Shown: in pieces, positions 42,065 to 52,132 of the stretch
Position numbering within the stretch: position 1 is the stretch's first letter
Layout of the letters: every line of letters begins with the position of its first letter
Assembly: GCA_965219095.1 (NCBI GenBank)
Contig: CBDCMT010000001.1
Span: 960,001 to 1,024,000, forward strand
Source: Bdellovibrionales bacterium
GTDB lineage: Bacteria; Bdellovibrionota; Bdellovibrionia; Bdellovibrionales; UBA1609
Length of the DNA stretch: 64,000 bases
Reading direction: 5' to 3'
Notes under the pieces: model-generated
The model's database searches: none
What the model saw: the letters and a program-made list of their open reading frames with translations, nothing else
Told to the model about the DNA's origin: nothing
Position numbers and translations under genes: made by a program

Positions 42065-43000
42065 AGGCTTAACTCTTTTTTGAAGGGCCTTTTTATGAGG
42101 TTTTTTGTACTTGTGTTTTAATTTATAGTGGTATCTACAGTTTTTGGAGCAAGTCTGAAGGCTTTGGTCATCTTTTTCAAGACAGCGTGAACATACGAAC
42201 TCTAAGTTTTTACATTGTTTGCACTGAATTTTAGATGACCCAGGATCTCCACAGTGAACACAAAGGTAATAAGTGGAAGAAGGTTCGAGTTTTTGATCCA
42301 CAGAAGCTCTATGATCAAAAACAAAGCACTCTCCCTCAAAGTTTTTATAAGGAAACTTTTGAAGATAAGCTAAAATTCCCCCTTCTAATTGGTAAACATG
42401 TTGAAAGCCTTTATTTTTCATTTCTAGAAGAGCTTTTTCACACCGCACTCCCCCTGTACAATAAATCAATGTCTTTTTATCTCTTTTTATATTTGTTTTC
42501 TGAATCCAATGAGAAAAATTTTGAAAGCTCTCCAACTTAGGATCAACAGCTCCTTTAAACCGACCTAACTTTGTTTCATAGTGATTTCTTATGTCAATGA
42601 TCGTTACATTTTCTGTTTCTATGACCTTCTGCCATTGGCTAGAACTTAAATGGTTACGTTTATGTTGAGGAACTAAAGAGGGGTTAAAAGCTATAAGCTC
42701 TTTTCTTAAAGCCACTTTTAAACGGGAGAAAGGGTTAAAATGACAAGTATTGTCTTTAAAAGAATTTTTTGTAGGACATAGATTTTCAAGGTAGTTTTTT
42801 ACAACCTCAACCCCTAGGTGAGGGCCTGAAAAAGAACAGTTCATACCTTCAGGACTTAAAATGAAAAGACCTTTTAGCCTCTCATTTAAAGCTTTTTGGT
42901 ACAGTTTATCCCTAAAGTCTTTAGATGTGATATGAGTGGCTTTAAAAAAAGTGTAAAAGGAAGAAACTATAAAACTTTCCATAACCTTGCTATAGCACAA
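42056..43000 (-). CDS. trhO: Rhodanese-domain tRNA U34 hydroxylase-like (TrhO/YceA)
   Basis: EG.N, D.RN.YE...G.F.GA, YCTGG.RCEKA, L.GGI..Y, FVFD.R, Cys-rich tail. Confidence 0.88.
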   Translation of the reverse strand: MCYSKVMESFIVSSFYTFFKATHITSKDFRDKLYQKALNERLKGLFILSPEGMNCSFSGPHLGVEVVKNYLENLCPTKNSFKDNTCHFNPFSRLKVALRKELIAFNPSLVPQHKRNHLSSSQWQKVIETENVTIIDIRNHYETKLGRFKGAVDPKLESFQNFSHWIQKTNIKRDKKTLIYCTGGVRCEKALLEMKNKGFQHVYQLEGGILAYLQKFPYKNFEGECFVFDHRASVDQKLEPSSTYYLCVHCGDPGSSKIQCKQCKNLEFVCSRCLEKDDQSLQTCSKNCRYHYKLKHKYKKPHKKALQKRVKPLF

Positions 43001-43049
43001 GAGAAGTTATCTATTGTCAAGAAATAAAAAGATGTGTTAGCTTAAGTCC

Positions 43050-43988
43050 ATGTCTTTACTACTTAAAAATTCATCACATCCCTTAGAAGTAACCAAAATG
43101 ACAAAAAAGTTTAGATCTTTTACAGCTGTGAACAAAATTTCCTTTGAAGTTGAAAGAGGGAAGATTTTTGGTCTTTTAGGACCCAATGGAGCTGGCAAAA
43201 CGACAGCCCTTTCTATATTTGTAGGCCTTCATCATCCTACCTCTGGCTCCGTTCTTATTTTTGGCCACAATCCTTTCAAAGAGCCTTTGAAGACGAAACC
43301 ACTTTTAGGCTTTGTTCCTCAGGAACTCATCAATTATCCCTTTTTTAACGTAGAAGAAATCCTTAAGTTCTGCTCAGGCTATTATGGTATTTTGAGAAAC
43401 CGTAAAAGAAGAGAGTACCTTCTTAAAAGACTCGGTTTATGGGAACATAGAAAAAAACATGTTAAAAATTTAAGCGGTGGAATGAAAAGACGGCTTTTAA
43501 TTGCTAAGTCTCTCCTTCACTCTCCACAGCTTCTTTTTCTCGATGAGCCTACAGCAGGTGTGGACGTTGAATTAAGGGATAATCTTTGGGAATTTGTAGG
43601 AGAACTGAAAAAAGAAAATGTTTCTGTTCTACTCACAACTCATTACTTAGAGGAGGCAGAAAAGCTTTGTGATGAAGTAGCTGTTATGAATGAAGGCTGT
43701 CTGAAGGAAAAAGATTCTACAAAAAATATCATATCTTCCTTTTCCCATAGGAGAGTAAAAATTTTACTGAAAAAAAATGCTCCTACCCCCTTTAATGAAT
43801 CCCCTTTTTTGCTTTCACAAAAAAAAGAACTCATCATATTAAAGATTCCCTACAATTATAGTTTGGTACAAGTCCTGAAAGAAACAAAAGTTGACTTAAA
43901 TCATATAGAAGAAATTTTTACTCAAGAAGGGAGCCTTGAAGAGGCCTTTAAAAAGATCATAAAAAAGGGTGCTAAGCAAAATGATTAA
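43050..43988 (+). CDS. ABC-2 transporter ATP-binding subunit (YadG-like)
   Basis: GPNGAGKTT, LSGGMKRR, LDEPTAGVD, TTHYLEEA. Confidence 0.92.
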   Translation: MSLLLKNSSHPLEVTKMTKKFRSFTAVNKISFEVERGKIFGLLGPNGAGKTTALSIFVGLHHPTSGSVLIFGHNPFKEPLKTKPLLGFVPQELINYPFFNVEEILKFCSGYYGILRNRKRREYLLKRLGLWEHRKKHVKNLSGGMKRRLLIAKSLLHSPQLLFLDEPTAGVDVELRDNLWEFVGELKKENVSVLLTTHYLEEAEKLCDEVAVMNEGCLKEKDSTKNIISSFSHRRVKILLKKNAPTPFNESPFLLSQKKELIILKIPYNYSLVQVLKETKVDLNHIEEIFTQEGSLEEAFKKIIKKGAKQND

Positions 43989-44775
43989 TCGTATGTTGTG
44001 GATGCCCTTTTTATCTCTCTTTCATAGAGAGATTAGAAGAATTTGGAAAGCTGTGACACAAACTGTTTTAGCTCCTGTTTTTAACTCAGCCCTTTATATT
44101 TTTATTTTTGGAATTCTTTTAGGAAAAAATATTAATCTTGCAGAGGGATGGAACTATTTATCTTTTTTAATTCCTGGTGTGATTATGATGGGATGTTTGA
44201 ACCAAGCTTTTGCTAATACAACAAGTTCTATTATGCAATTAAAATACGCAGGAGAGCTTCAAGACTTAAAAGTGGCTCCCCTCACAGAATTACAGATTCT
44301 TTTAGCTTTTAGCTTATCTTCTTCTCTAAGAGGTATGGTTGTAGGGCTTAATATTTTTTTTATAGGGCAAGTAATTTCTTTTTTTCAAAATGGAAGTTTT
44401 TTAACTGTGGAGCACCCTTTTTTAGCTCTCCTTTTCGCTTTTATAGGAACTCTTATTTTTGGCAACTTAGGAATTGTAGTGGGCTTTTGGGCAAAAAACT
44501 TAGAACAAATGGCTGCTATTAGTGGCTTTCTAATGCAACCTTTGGTTTATTTAGGAGGTGTGTTTTACTCTCTTGAAAATTTACCTCGATTTTGGAGAGC
44601 TTTATCAGAATTGAATCCTATTGTTTACATTGTGAATGGCCTTCGTTATGCTTTTTTAGATCAATCGGATTTTTCTATAGAGACTTGTTTTAAGTGGAGT
44701 TTTGGTTTAATAGTTTTTTTCTATGTAACAGCTTATTTCTTTGTAAAAAAGAGCTCTTATGTGAGAAGTGTTTAA
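43981..44775 (+). CDS. ABC-2 permease (YadH-like)
   Basis: QT..AP....LY, FLIPG..MM, LGGVFYS, NP.VY.VNG.RY. Confidence 0.9.
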   Translation: MINRMLWMPFLSLFHREIRRIWKAVTQTVLAPVFNSALYIFIFGILLGKNINLAEGWNYLSFLIPGVIMMGCLNQAFANTTSSIMQLKYAGELQDLKVAPLTELQILLAFSLSSSLRGMVVGLNIFFIGQVISFFQNGSFLTVEHPFLALLFAFIGTLIFGNLGIVVGFWAKNLEQMAAISGFLMQPLVYLGGVFYSLENLPRFWRALSELNPIVYIVNGLRYAFLDQSDFSIETCFKWSFGLIVFFYVTAYFFVKKSSYVRSV

Positions 44776-44900
44776 AAATGATTCCTCTGATTTTTCCATA
44801 AAGTGACTAAAAGGAGATTGTTCATAAAGTCGTTAGGGTTTGAAGAAGGGACTCCCCCTGAGCTAACTTATGGTAACTGTTCACTTAAATTCTAGTGATT

Positions 44901-46358
44901 TTAATGTTTAGAGAGGTATTCAGTAGCTATGTCAACGAAGGATAGATTCTGTTTTTTGGCCGTTCGAGCGACACTCATCATAACCTCTTGGTTATGTGCT
45001 CCCTGTTCTGAGCGATTGCAATAAGAGATTTTTCTCATAAGTACAGCAGGCCTAATTTCCCTCTCTCCATAATTGTTAGTGGGGTCTACTCCAGTCTTAA
45101 TGAAAGTATAAATTTCATCTCGATATTTGACCAAACGTTTACAAAGTCTTTGTAAGTCATGGCTTCTGTATTTTTTTGATACCCATTTTTCTGTATCACA
45201 CATAAGCAGTTTGTATTTTCGATCGATATTCTCTTTACTCTCATATTCATTTTGCAACCTTTTTCCCCTCTTGAAAAAAAGTTTGGCTCTCTTAGAAAAC
45301 TGAGCAATTTCTTTGCTTTTAGGATGTTTTTCTTTTAGCCCATGAAGCTCCCTTAAAAGATGGGGCCAACATTTTTGCTTTTGACAGTCAATCTTGTTAT
45401 AGGCAGCATAAAAATCTGAAACTAAAACTCCACGAAAAACTTCTCCAAGAACATTTTTAACTACATCTTGCGAACGAGTTTGATCAATCTTATAAAATGA
45501 CACATCATCATTTGAAAAACTCCAGAGCCAATGACTGTTCCCATTCACTCTCCATCCTGTCTCATCAGCATGCAAATGCCCCTGCTCCGATAACACGGAC
45601 TTGATATCCTCGTAAGCCCCCTCAAACTTCCTTGCCGTACGACTTATAATCTCTGACAAAACACCACGACTGATTTCCATACCATATTGATCAGACAAAA
45701 GATTTGTTATTTTACCAAAACTTAAACCCAACTCATATTTCCAATAACACACTTGAGCATGAAACTTAGGACCATAAAGACTCGCTCCCAACTTATCACT
45801 GACAGAAACCTCCTTGTTACAACAACTGCACCAACTCCAGCCTAAAATGTGTTTCGTGGTGATGACTTGACTTACAGGTGGTAAATCCACCTGATAGTGA
45901 ACATGCCACTTATGAGAGGGAGGAAGATCAGAGTCACATTTACTACAAACCAGTGAAGTCCAAGTGGTCTCCTGATCCGCTTCCTCAGGCCTTTTTCTTC
46001 GATGAACTTTATGACCCTTTTTAGGACCCTTCTTTTTTCCTTTTTTAAGGCTTCCATCTGGATTTTTATTCTTGTTCTTTTTAGCCCACTTAGGAGGCTT
46101 GCGTATTGATTGAAGCTCCTCTTTTAGTTTCTTATTTTCTTTTTTAAAATGTTCATTATCTTTTTTTAAACGCTTGTTCTCTTCTTCTAAACGCTCACGC
46201 TCTTCTTCTAAATGCTTGTAATCTTCTTCTAAATGCTCATGCTCTTCTTCTAAATGCTTGTAATCTTTTTCTAAACATTTTATTTCTTTTTGTGCTTTCT
46301 TAAGCACTATATAGTCCTTTCCGTTTAAGTTTTTAGAATCTAAAGGAAGAATTATCAT
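44901..46358 (-). CDS. IS66 transposase (first 15 or so codons supplied by an IS630 MITE; native start probably GTG 46307)
   Basis: Heptad coiled-coil repeats (46180-46275), CxxC pairs, DDE motifs. Confidence 0.88.
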   Translation of the reverse strand: MIILPLDSKNLNGKDYIVLKKAQKEIKCLEKDYKHLEEEHEHLEEDYKHLEEERERLEEENKRLKKDNEHFKKENKKLKEELQSIRKPPKWAKKNKNKNPDGSLKKGKKKGPKKGHKVHRRKRPEEADQETTWTSLVCSKCDSDLPPSHKWHVHYQVDLPPVSQVITTKHILGWSWCSCCNKEVSVSDKLGASLYGPKFHAQVCYWKYELGLSFGKITNLLSDQYGMEISRGVLSEIISRTARKFEGAYEDIKSVLSEQGHLHADETGWRVNGNSHWLWSFSNDDVSFYKIDQTRSQDVVKNVLGEVFRGVLVSDFYAAYNKIDCQKQKCWPHLLRELHGLKEKHPKSKEIAQFSKRAKLFFKRGKRLQNEYESKENIDRKYKLLMCDTEKWVSKKYRSHDLQRLCKRLVKYRDEIYTFIKTGVDPTNNYGEREIRPAVLMRKISYCNRSEQGAHNQEVMMSVARTAKKQNLSFVDIATEYLSKH

Positions 46359-46371
46359 ATGAAACTATTTT

Positions 46372-47903
46372 GTAACTGCTCACCTACATTGTTCAGTTAT
46401 CCCTAACTTTAGACCTGTTTTAAGATAAAAGTCTTGCTCTTACAGATTTTCTTTTAAATACTCTTTTCAAATGACAATAAATAAGACCTCCATCAGAAAT
46501 GAGATTGAAAATATAAGAAGTGACTTTGATAAGCTTGCAAAGAAAGGTTCTGTGCCTACTGAGATTTCTGTGGTTTTTGAATCTCTCTTTAAGGTTGTGA
46601 ACATTCTGATTGTTGTGCTTTTAGAAAAACAGGTTCGAAAAAATTCCAGCAACAGCGGTCTTCCTCCTTCGCAAGATTTTAGTCGTCAAGGGAATCGTAA
46701 TAAGAAAGCTAGTGGGAGTCAAAAAAAGGGCTCTAGACTTGATAACAGTAAAGATACAAACAGTGAGGAGACTGTCTCTCCCTCAGAGTGTTCTCAGTGT
46801 GGGATGTGTTTAAAGACAGCAGAGGTAAAAAGCCTTGAGAAGCGTAAAAAGATTGATATTTTTTATGAAATTCAGACCCATACTGTAACTTCTGAAGTTA
46901 AGGATTGTCCCTCATGTGGAGCTAGAAATAAAGGTCAATTCCCTAAAGGTATGAGTGGTCCTCTTCAGTATGGTATAGGCATTAGAGCTTCCATCATCAA
47001 TTTCATTATAGTTCAGATGCTGTCTTTTCAACGTGTTGGGGAACATTACATGGGGCTTATAGGTCGAATGATTTCTCCTGCAGTTATGTTGAGATACATT
47101 GCTGAATTAGGAGAGTTTCTTAAAAGTTGGGAAGAGCAGATGAAAGAAAAGATACTTGAATCAGAGGTCATTCATGTTGATGAGACCTCTATGAGGGTTA
47201 AGGGTAAAAACTACTGGATTCATACTTATAGTTCAGGAGAATTAGTCTTGCAGTTTCTCCACCTTTCAGGTGGAAGGGAAGCCATAAAAGATATTGGTCT
47301 CTTGGATAGATATGCAGGAGTGCTTGTGCATGATTGTTGGAGTCCTTACTTTTGTTATGATAAGATAACTCATGCTTTGTGTGTGGCTCACCTTTTGAGA
47401 GAGCTTAAATTTATAGAAGAAAGCAATGGATTCAAATGGGCTATAAATCTCAAAAAACTTCTTAAAGAGACTGTGGAGTTAGTTCATAAAAAAGAGTCAA
47501 GAGTTCTGACTCAAAAAGAGTACGAAACTCTTCAGAGAAGGTATAGGAGTATTCTTACAAAAGGCTTAAAAGAGCTTCCAGAATTTCCTAAGAAAAATGG
47601 CAAGAAAGGACGAATAAAGCATACACAAGCTCAGAACCTTTGGCTGCGATTTAAAAAGTATGAAGCAGAAATACTGTACTTTGCTAAAAGAAAGAACGTA
47701 GATCCTACTAATAACAGAGCTGAAAGAGATCTAAGAATGACTAAAGTGAAAAAGAAAGTGTCAGGGTGTTTCAGAACAGAAGAAATGGCGAAATATTTTT
47801 GTCGTATTACCAGCTATGTTAAAACAATGAGAAATAGAGGGTATTCTTCTTTAGAAGCCATCTCTATGGCTTTAAATAAAAACTTACGAGAGTGAGCAGT
47901 TAC
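46372..47903 (+). mobile_element. Single-ORF IS66, intact
   Basis: gtaactgctcac TIRs; 8-bp TSD actatttt. Confidence 0.95.
46471..47895 (+). CDS. IS66 transposase
   Basis: NSSNS.LPPS.D, HVDETS, VHDCW, C.AHLLREL, TNNRAERDLR. Confidence 0.92.
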   Translation: MTINKTSIRNEIENIRSDFDKLAKKGSVPTEISVVFESLFKVVNILIVVLLEKQVRKNSSNSGLPPSQDFSRQGNRNKKASGSQKKGSRLDNSKDTNSEETVSPSECSQCGMCLKTAEVKSLEKRKKIDIFYEIQTHTVTSEVKDCPSCGARNKGQFPKGMSGPLQYGIGIRASIINFIIVQMLSFQRVGEHYMGLIGRMISPAVMLRYIAELGEFLKSWEEQMKEKILESEVIHVDETSMRVKGKNYWIHTYSSGELVLQFLHLSGGREAIKDIGLLDRYAGVLVHDCWSPYFCYDKITHALCVAHLLRELKFIEESNGFKWAINLKKLLKETVELVHKKESRVLTQKEYETLQRRYRSILTKGLKELPEFPKKNGKKGRIKHTQAQNLWLRFKKYEAEILYFAKRKNVDPTNNRAERDLRMTKVKKKVSGCFRTEEMAKYFCRITSYVKTMRNRGYSSLEAISMALNKNLRE

Positions 47904-48345
47904 ACTATTTTTTAAAACAAATGACGATTTATCAATACTTTTGAATAAAAACTAGACCCTAACTCAAAAAATCTGAAAATCTAAACGAAAAATATCATAT
48001 AACATTATAGGCATAGGAGCTTTTAGTGAAATTTCAACAATTTACTAGAATTTTTCTGAACAGTTACAACTTATGGTATTATTAATAAATAGGCCTTCTC
48101 CTAAAAAAGTGGACAGTTTTTATGCTCTTAAAGCCCAGAGAGTTAAAATAAACGAATAATAGAAATAGATTTTATAGACAATCAATAAAGAAAGAGTTAG
48201 TGCCAGAAAGACAGTCTTGGTGATCTAGACAGTTCAGTAACCGTATGCAAAAAAAATGTCTTTTTTTGTCAATGACTTACTTTTCTTGCTTGACTGACTG
48301 GTCATCCATATGAGTATGTAGTAAAAAATCTATTGTTTTTTGCTA

Positions 48346-49044
48346 TTAGAGAGACTGAGAGATTCTTTTTTTTGAAAGTATGTAGTAGGTTTTATCAATT
48401 TCACATCCATGAAAAGTTCTACCGTTTTCAAGTGCAGCAAGGGCTGTGGTTCCACTTCCCAAAAAAGGATCCACAACAAGATCTCCTTCATTGCTGTGTT
48501 TTTTCACTAGCTCAGAAAAAAGCTCTAAAGGTTTTTGTGTAGGATGGATTTTTTCTCCTTTATGCCTTGGTATAGGGTATTCATAAACCCCCTTATCATA
48601 ACTTCCATGGAAAGTAGGCAAGCCTTCTTTAACACATGAAATGGCCACTTCTCGACTATTGGAAAGGTAGGTCGATTTCATATTAAGAGGAACAGGATTT
48701 GTTTTTTCCCATATTAAGAGTCTTAGCATTTTGAAACCTGCTTTTATCAAAGCTCTTGATAAATCAGAGATTTTCCACAAATCATACCATAAAATAGCTG
48801 TACCTCCTTTCCGTAAACATTTAAAGGACAACTCAGAAAACCGATCAAGGTTAATAGTTTTATGATCCCAACTTCCAAAATCCATACTGACAGCAAACCT
48901 TTCCACACCCCTTTTAACGCTTTGAAACCCTGTTTTTTTACTAATTGCATAAGGAGGGTCTGTGAGTATTAAATCTACAGAGTCTTCCTCCAGCTCCATC
49001 ATAAAGCCTTGAAAATCACAGTGTTCTATACGATAAAGATTCAT
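48346..49044 (-). CDS. Orphan amino-DNA methyltransferase (N6A/N4C, beta-type motif order)
   Basis: TDPPY, HPTQKP, DPFLGSGTT; no adjacent endonuclease. Confidence 0.9.
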   Translation of the reverse strand: MNLYRIEHCDFQGFMMELEEDSVDLILTDPPYAISKKTGFQSVKRGVERFAVSMDFGSWDHKTINLDRFSELSFKCLRKGGTAILWYDLWKISDLSRALIKAGFKMLRLLIWEKTNPVPLNMKSTYLSNSREVAISCVKEGLPTFHGSYDKGVYEYPIPRHKGEKIHPTQKPLELFSELVKKHSNEGDLVVDPFLGSGTTALAALENGRTFHGCEIDKTYYILSKKRISQSL

Positions 49045-49302
49045 AATCAGTATTGCTCCTTAAACTTTTTAACATTAGCTTCGATTCTAACAAAAAAAAA
49101 TCCTAAAAAGCAAAAAAACCTCTAAAACCTTCATGACTAAAAACGTCATAGCCTGTTAAATTTGCAACCCACTGTAATCACTTGATTTTAAAAAATTTTT
49201 GGATGAAATGTCTAAAATTTAGTCACTTAGCAAAAAAAAGAGAAATTCTAAAAAGCTATAAAAAAACAAGAAAAAACAATAACTTAGGAAAAATTCTCAT
49301 TT

Positions 49303-49318
49303 TGGCACAAAACTTGAA
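49303..49318 (+). promoter_or_regulatory. Sigma54-like -24/-12 promoter
   Basis: TGGCAC-aaaac-TTGAA about 65 bp upstream of ATG 49385; dyad tgtctaaaatttagtca at 49209-49225. Confidence 0.55.
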
Positions 49319-49384
49319 TGTTAAAAGAATAAGGAGCTATATAAAGCTCTAAAGAGAGGAAATTTTACAGCGGAAAGATAGTAA

Positions 49385-50581
49385 ATGCGTAAATATAAGT
49401 ATTTGAAACAGTTAAGGCCATTAGGACTATTTTTATGTCTTTATTTCTATACAGCTTGTTCTAATGTTGAGTTTAGTCATCAGTACTCTTATCAAGAAGG
49501 CGAATTCTTTGTAGGTCATGTTGATATCTTATTTGTTGTGGATAATTCGGGCTCTATGTCCTCTGAACATAAACATATAGCTTCTCGATTTAATATGTAT
49601 ATTAAATCTTTAGATGAGTCAGGTTTAGATTATCAAATTGCTATGATCACTACAGATGTTTCAGCTTCCCCTAATAATTCCCAGCATAAAAGCGGAAATG
49701 GCGACGGAGCTTATCAAGATGGTAAATTTCTTGAATTTGAAGAAGGTGTTACTATCCTCACAGAAGATCATTCTAGAAGAGTTGAACTTTTTAGCCGTTT
49801 GATTCAAAGAAAAGAAACTATTAGCTGTGAAATGAATAATTTCGTAAATGATGAGTGTGCTTCTTTTGATGAAAGAGGAATTTATGCTGCTAGTTTAGCT
49901 ATAGAAAGACGAGATAGAAACTTTTTTAGAAAAGGAACTCATTTGGCTATTGTGTTTATTTCTGATGAAGACGAACGATCAACAGGAGGAGAGCCTTCAA
50001 ATCATATCACTCTTCCTGAAGAGTATTTAACTTTAGATTCTAAAGATAAACCTGAACATTTGGTAGAAACTGTAAGCCATTTAAGTACTCAAAAATCTTT
50101 TTCCGTTTACTCCATTGTTGTGAAGCCAGGCGATTCAACTTGTCTGAAAAAACAAAGGGATCAAGGAGAGTTTTTCTCCGGAGAGTATGGTGATTTGTAT
50201 GCTTCTTTAGCAGAACCTTCCATACAGTTAAAAGATCTGGGTCTTATTATGGATGGGTTTTTAGGAAATATCTGTGCTTCCAATTACGGAAGTCAACTAG
50301 ATGTTATGGGACAAAAAGTCTCTGAAGACTCTAAAAAAATTCAACTCTCCTGCAAGCCTTTGGAATCATCTTCGCAAAATCAAACAGATCAAAACAATGA
50401 AAGTGATCAGTCTATTGTAGACTTAACATTTTATTTTGAAACCGATAAAGGGCAACCCTACGATTATAGGGGTACTTATTCTATAGATGGTAGCAATGTG
50501 TTGACTTTTTCTCCAACCCTTCCTCCTGGAATAAAAGTAAGATATGAATATACCTGTCCTTTGAGAAACAATAACAAATAA
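49385..50581 (+). CDS. vWA-domain lipoprotein
   Basis: Lipobox YTAC; MIDAS VDILFVVDNSGSM; ITTD; ISDEDE; several Cys. Confidence 0.85.
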   Translation: MRKYKYLKQLRPLGLFLCLYFYTACSNVEFSHQYSYQEGEFFVGHVDILFVVDNSGSMSSEHKHIASRFNMYIKSLDESGLDYQIAMITTDVSASPNNSQHKSGNGDGAYQDGKFLEFEEGVTILTEDHSRRVELFSRLIQRKETISCEMNNFVNDECASFDERGIYAASLAIERRDRNFFRKGTHLAIVFISDEDERSTGGEPSNHITLPEEYLTLDSKDKPEHLVETVSHLSTQKSFSVYSIVVKPGDSTCLKKQRDQGEFFSGEYGDLYASLAEPSIQLKDLGLIMDGFLGNICASNYGSQLDVMGQKVSEDSKKIQLSCKPLESSSQNQTDQNNESDQSIVDLTFYFETDKGQPYDYRGTYSIDGSNVLTFSPTLPPGIKVRYEYTCPLRNNNK

Positions 50582-50606
50582 CTTGAATATTGCTCTTACA
50601 AAGTTT

Positions 50607-50654
50607 GCCTCCTCAAAAGAACCTCCGGGAACCCACAGATTCCCGGGAGGAGCC
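50607..50654. mobile_element. 48-bp ISL3 fold-back mini-element
   Basis: ISL3 right outer arm + inverted interior + complete left TIR; no TSD; abuts a truncated IS5. Confidence 0.88.
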
Positions 50655-51654
50655 TTATAATTTAAGTGACGAGAAGACAATAGAAATGTTCAAAGAGAGT
50701 CCTCAATGGCAGTATTTTTGTGGTCAGCCTTTTTATTCTTATGAAGATCCCTGTGATAGAAGTTCATTGACTAACTGGAGAAAGAGGATGGGGGCTGAGA
50801 AGATAGAAGTTCTCTTAGAGGAAACCATTGATTTAGCTTTGAGAGAGGATTTTGTAAAAAAAAAAGAGTTTGAGAATGTAGTTGTTGATACAACTGTTCA
50901 AGAGAAAGCAATAGCTTTTCCTACAGACAGCCGTCTTTATTACAAAGCTTTAAAGACTTTAGTTCACAGGGCTAAAAAAGAGGGTTTAGTTTTACGTCAA
51001 AGCTATAAAAGAAAGGCCAAGGAGTGTTTGTTTAAGAATGCTCGTTATGCTCATACAAGAAAAATACGTTTAGCAAGAAAACAGCAAAGAAAGCTTCATA
51101 CTTATCTAGGTCGTGTGATAAGAGATGTTACAAGAAAAGGAGGTCCTAAGTTCTTGGAAGAGAATACATCTTTAAAAAGATGTTTATCTTTATGTGTAAG
51201 AATTTATAACCAAAAAAGAGGGGATAAGAACAAGGTGTATAGTGTTCATGCTCCTGAGGTTTATTGCATAGGGAAGGGCAAAGCCCATAAAAAATATGAA
51301 TTTGGCAATAAGGTGAGTGTGGCAACTTCATCAAAAAATTGCTGGGTTTTAGGGGTAAAGTCATTTGAAAAAAATGTATCAGATGTTCACAGTTTAAAGC
51401 CAGCCTTATCTCAAGTTGAATCCTTAACAAAGGTTAAGGCAAAAAATTTGTATGTAGATAAAGGTTATCGTGGCAAAGAGCATCATCCTTCGGGAGTTAA
51501 TGTTCATATTGGGGGAATGAGTAAAACATTAAGTCCCTACAAAAGAAAACTTCACAGAAGAAGAAGTTCAGTTGAGGCAATCATTGGTCATATGAAAATA
51601 GATTCTCGTATGGGAAGGAACTTTTTATTAGGATCACAAGGGGATGCTATTAAT
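50655..51654 (+). pseudogene. IS5-family transposase, truncated at both ends
   Basis: LSDE, WQYFCG, VDTTVQEK.I.FPTD, KGKAHK.YEFG.K, DKGYRG, RRS.VE..IGH.K. Confidence 0.9.
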
Positions 51655-51799
51655 TGTAATAGTCGCAACTTAGTCTCTACCAATCTTTCCAGCAAGACTT
51701 TTTTCAGTAACTTAACTCTTCCTGATAAATTTCTAAAAACAAAGCTTCAAAAATTCGAAAAAACATACCTAACTGCAATTCACTAATGCAACTATCACA
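51655..51799. mobile_element. 145-bp MITE with TGT...ACA ends (IS481-like)
   Basis: tgtaatagtcgcaacttagt vs actaatgcaactatcaca imperfect TIR; no TSD. Confidence 0.55.
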
Positions 51800-51852
51800 T
51801 CTAAGAAATATCCTCCTCGTAGGAGTCAAGGGCTGTTAAGAAGCCGACTTAC
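51800..51852 (+). mobile_element. Solo right end of the three-ORF IS66
   Basis: Similar to 38160-38211. Confidence 0.8.
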
Positions 51853-52132
51853 CTAAAGAAGATTTAATTTTCTATGGGCTGAAATTTTATATTTTTCTAA
51901 CAGAAATTGGTTTTTTGAGGTGACTTGAAGGAAGCAATCCTAGGGAGTATTAACTGTCAAATATAGCTTAGTAAAATTTATAAAAAGCTTGTAAAAAATA
52001 TAGTAAAAAAGTTAGTTGAACTTTTTTAATTGTCTTACTGTATAAAAAATGATAATAATGATGAAAAAATAATTGCGCTGGGTGTTTCAGTTAGTTTCAG
52101 AGGATAAATACGATTTTAAGGAATACAATTTT

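Larger units (their letters stand above)
46312..47999 (-). mobile_element. About 150-bp IS630-derived MITE split by IS66
   Basis: The reverse complement of 47912-47999 plus 46355-46371 aligns to the IS630 left end 17715-17816; 46312-46335 resembles an IS630 TIR; TA on both sides. Confidence 0.75.
44873..48067 (-). mobile_element. Single-ORF IS66 carrying nested insertions
   Basis: gtaactgttca TIRs; 8-bp TSD aacttatg. Confidence 0.93.
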
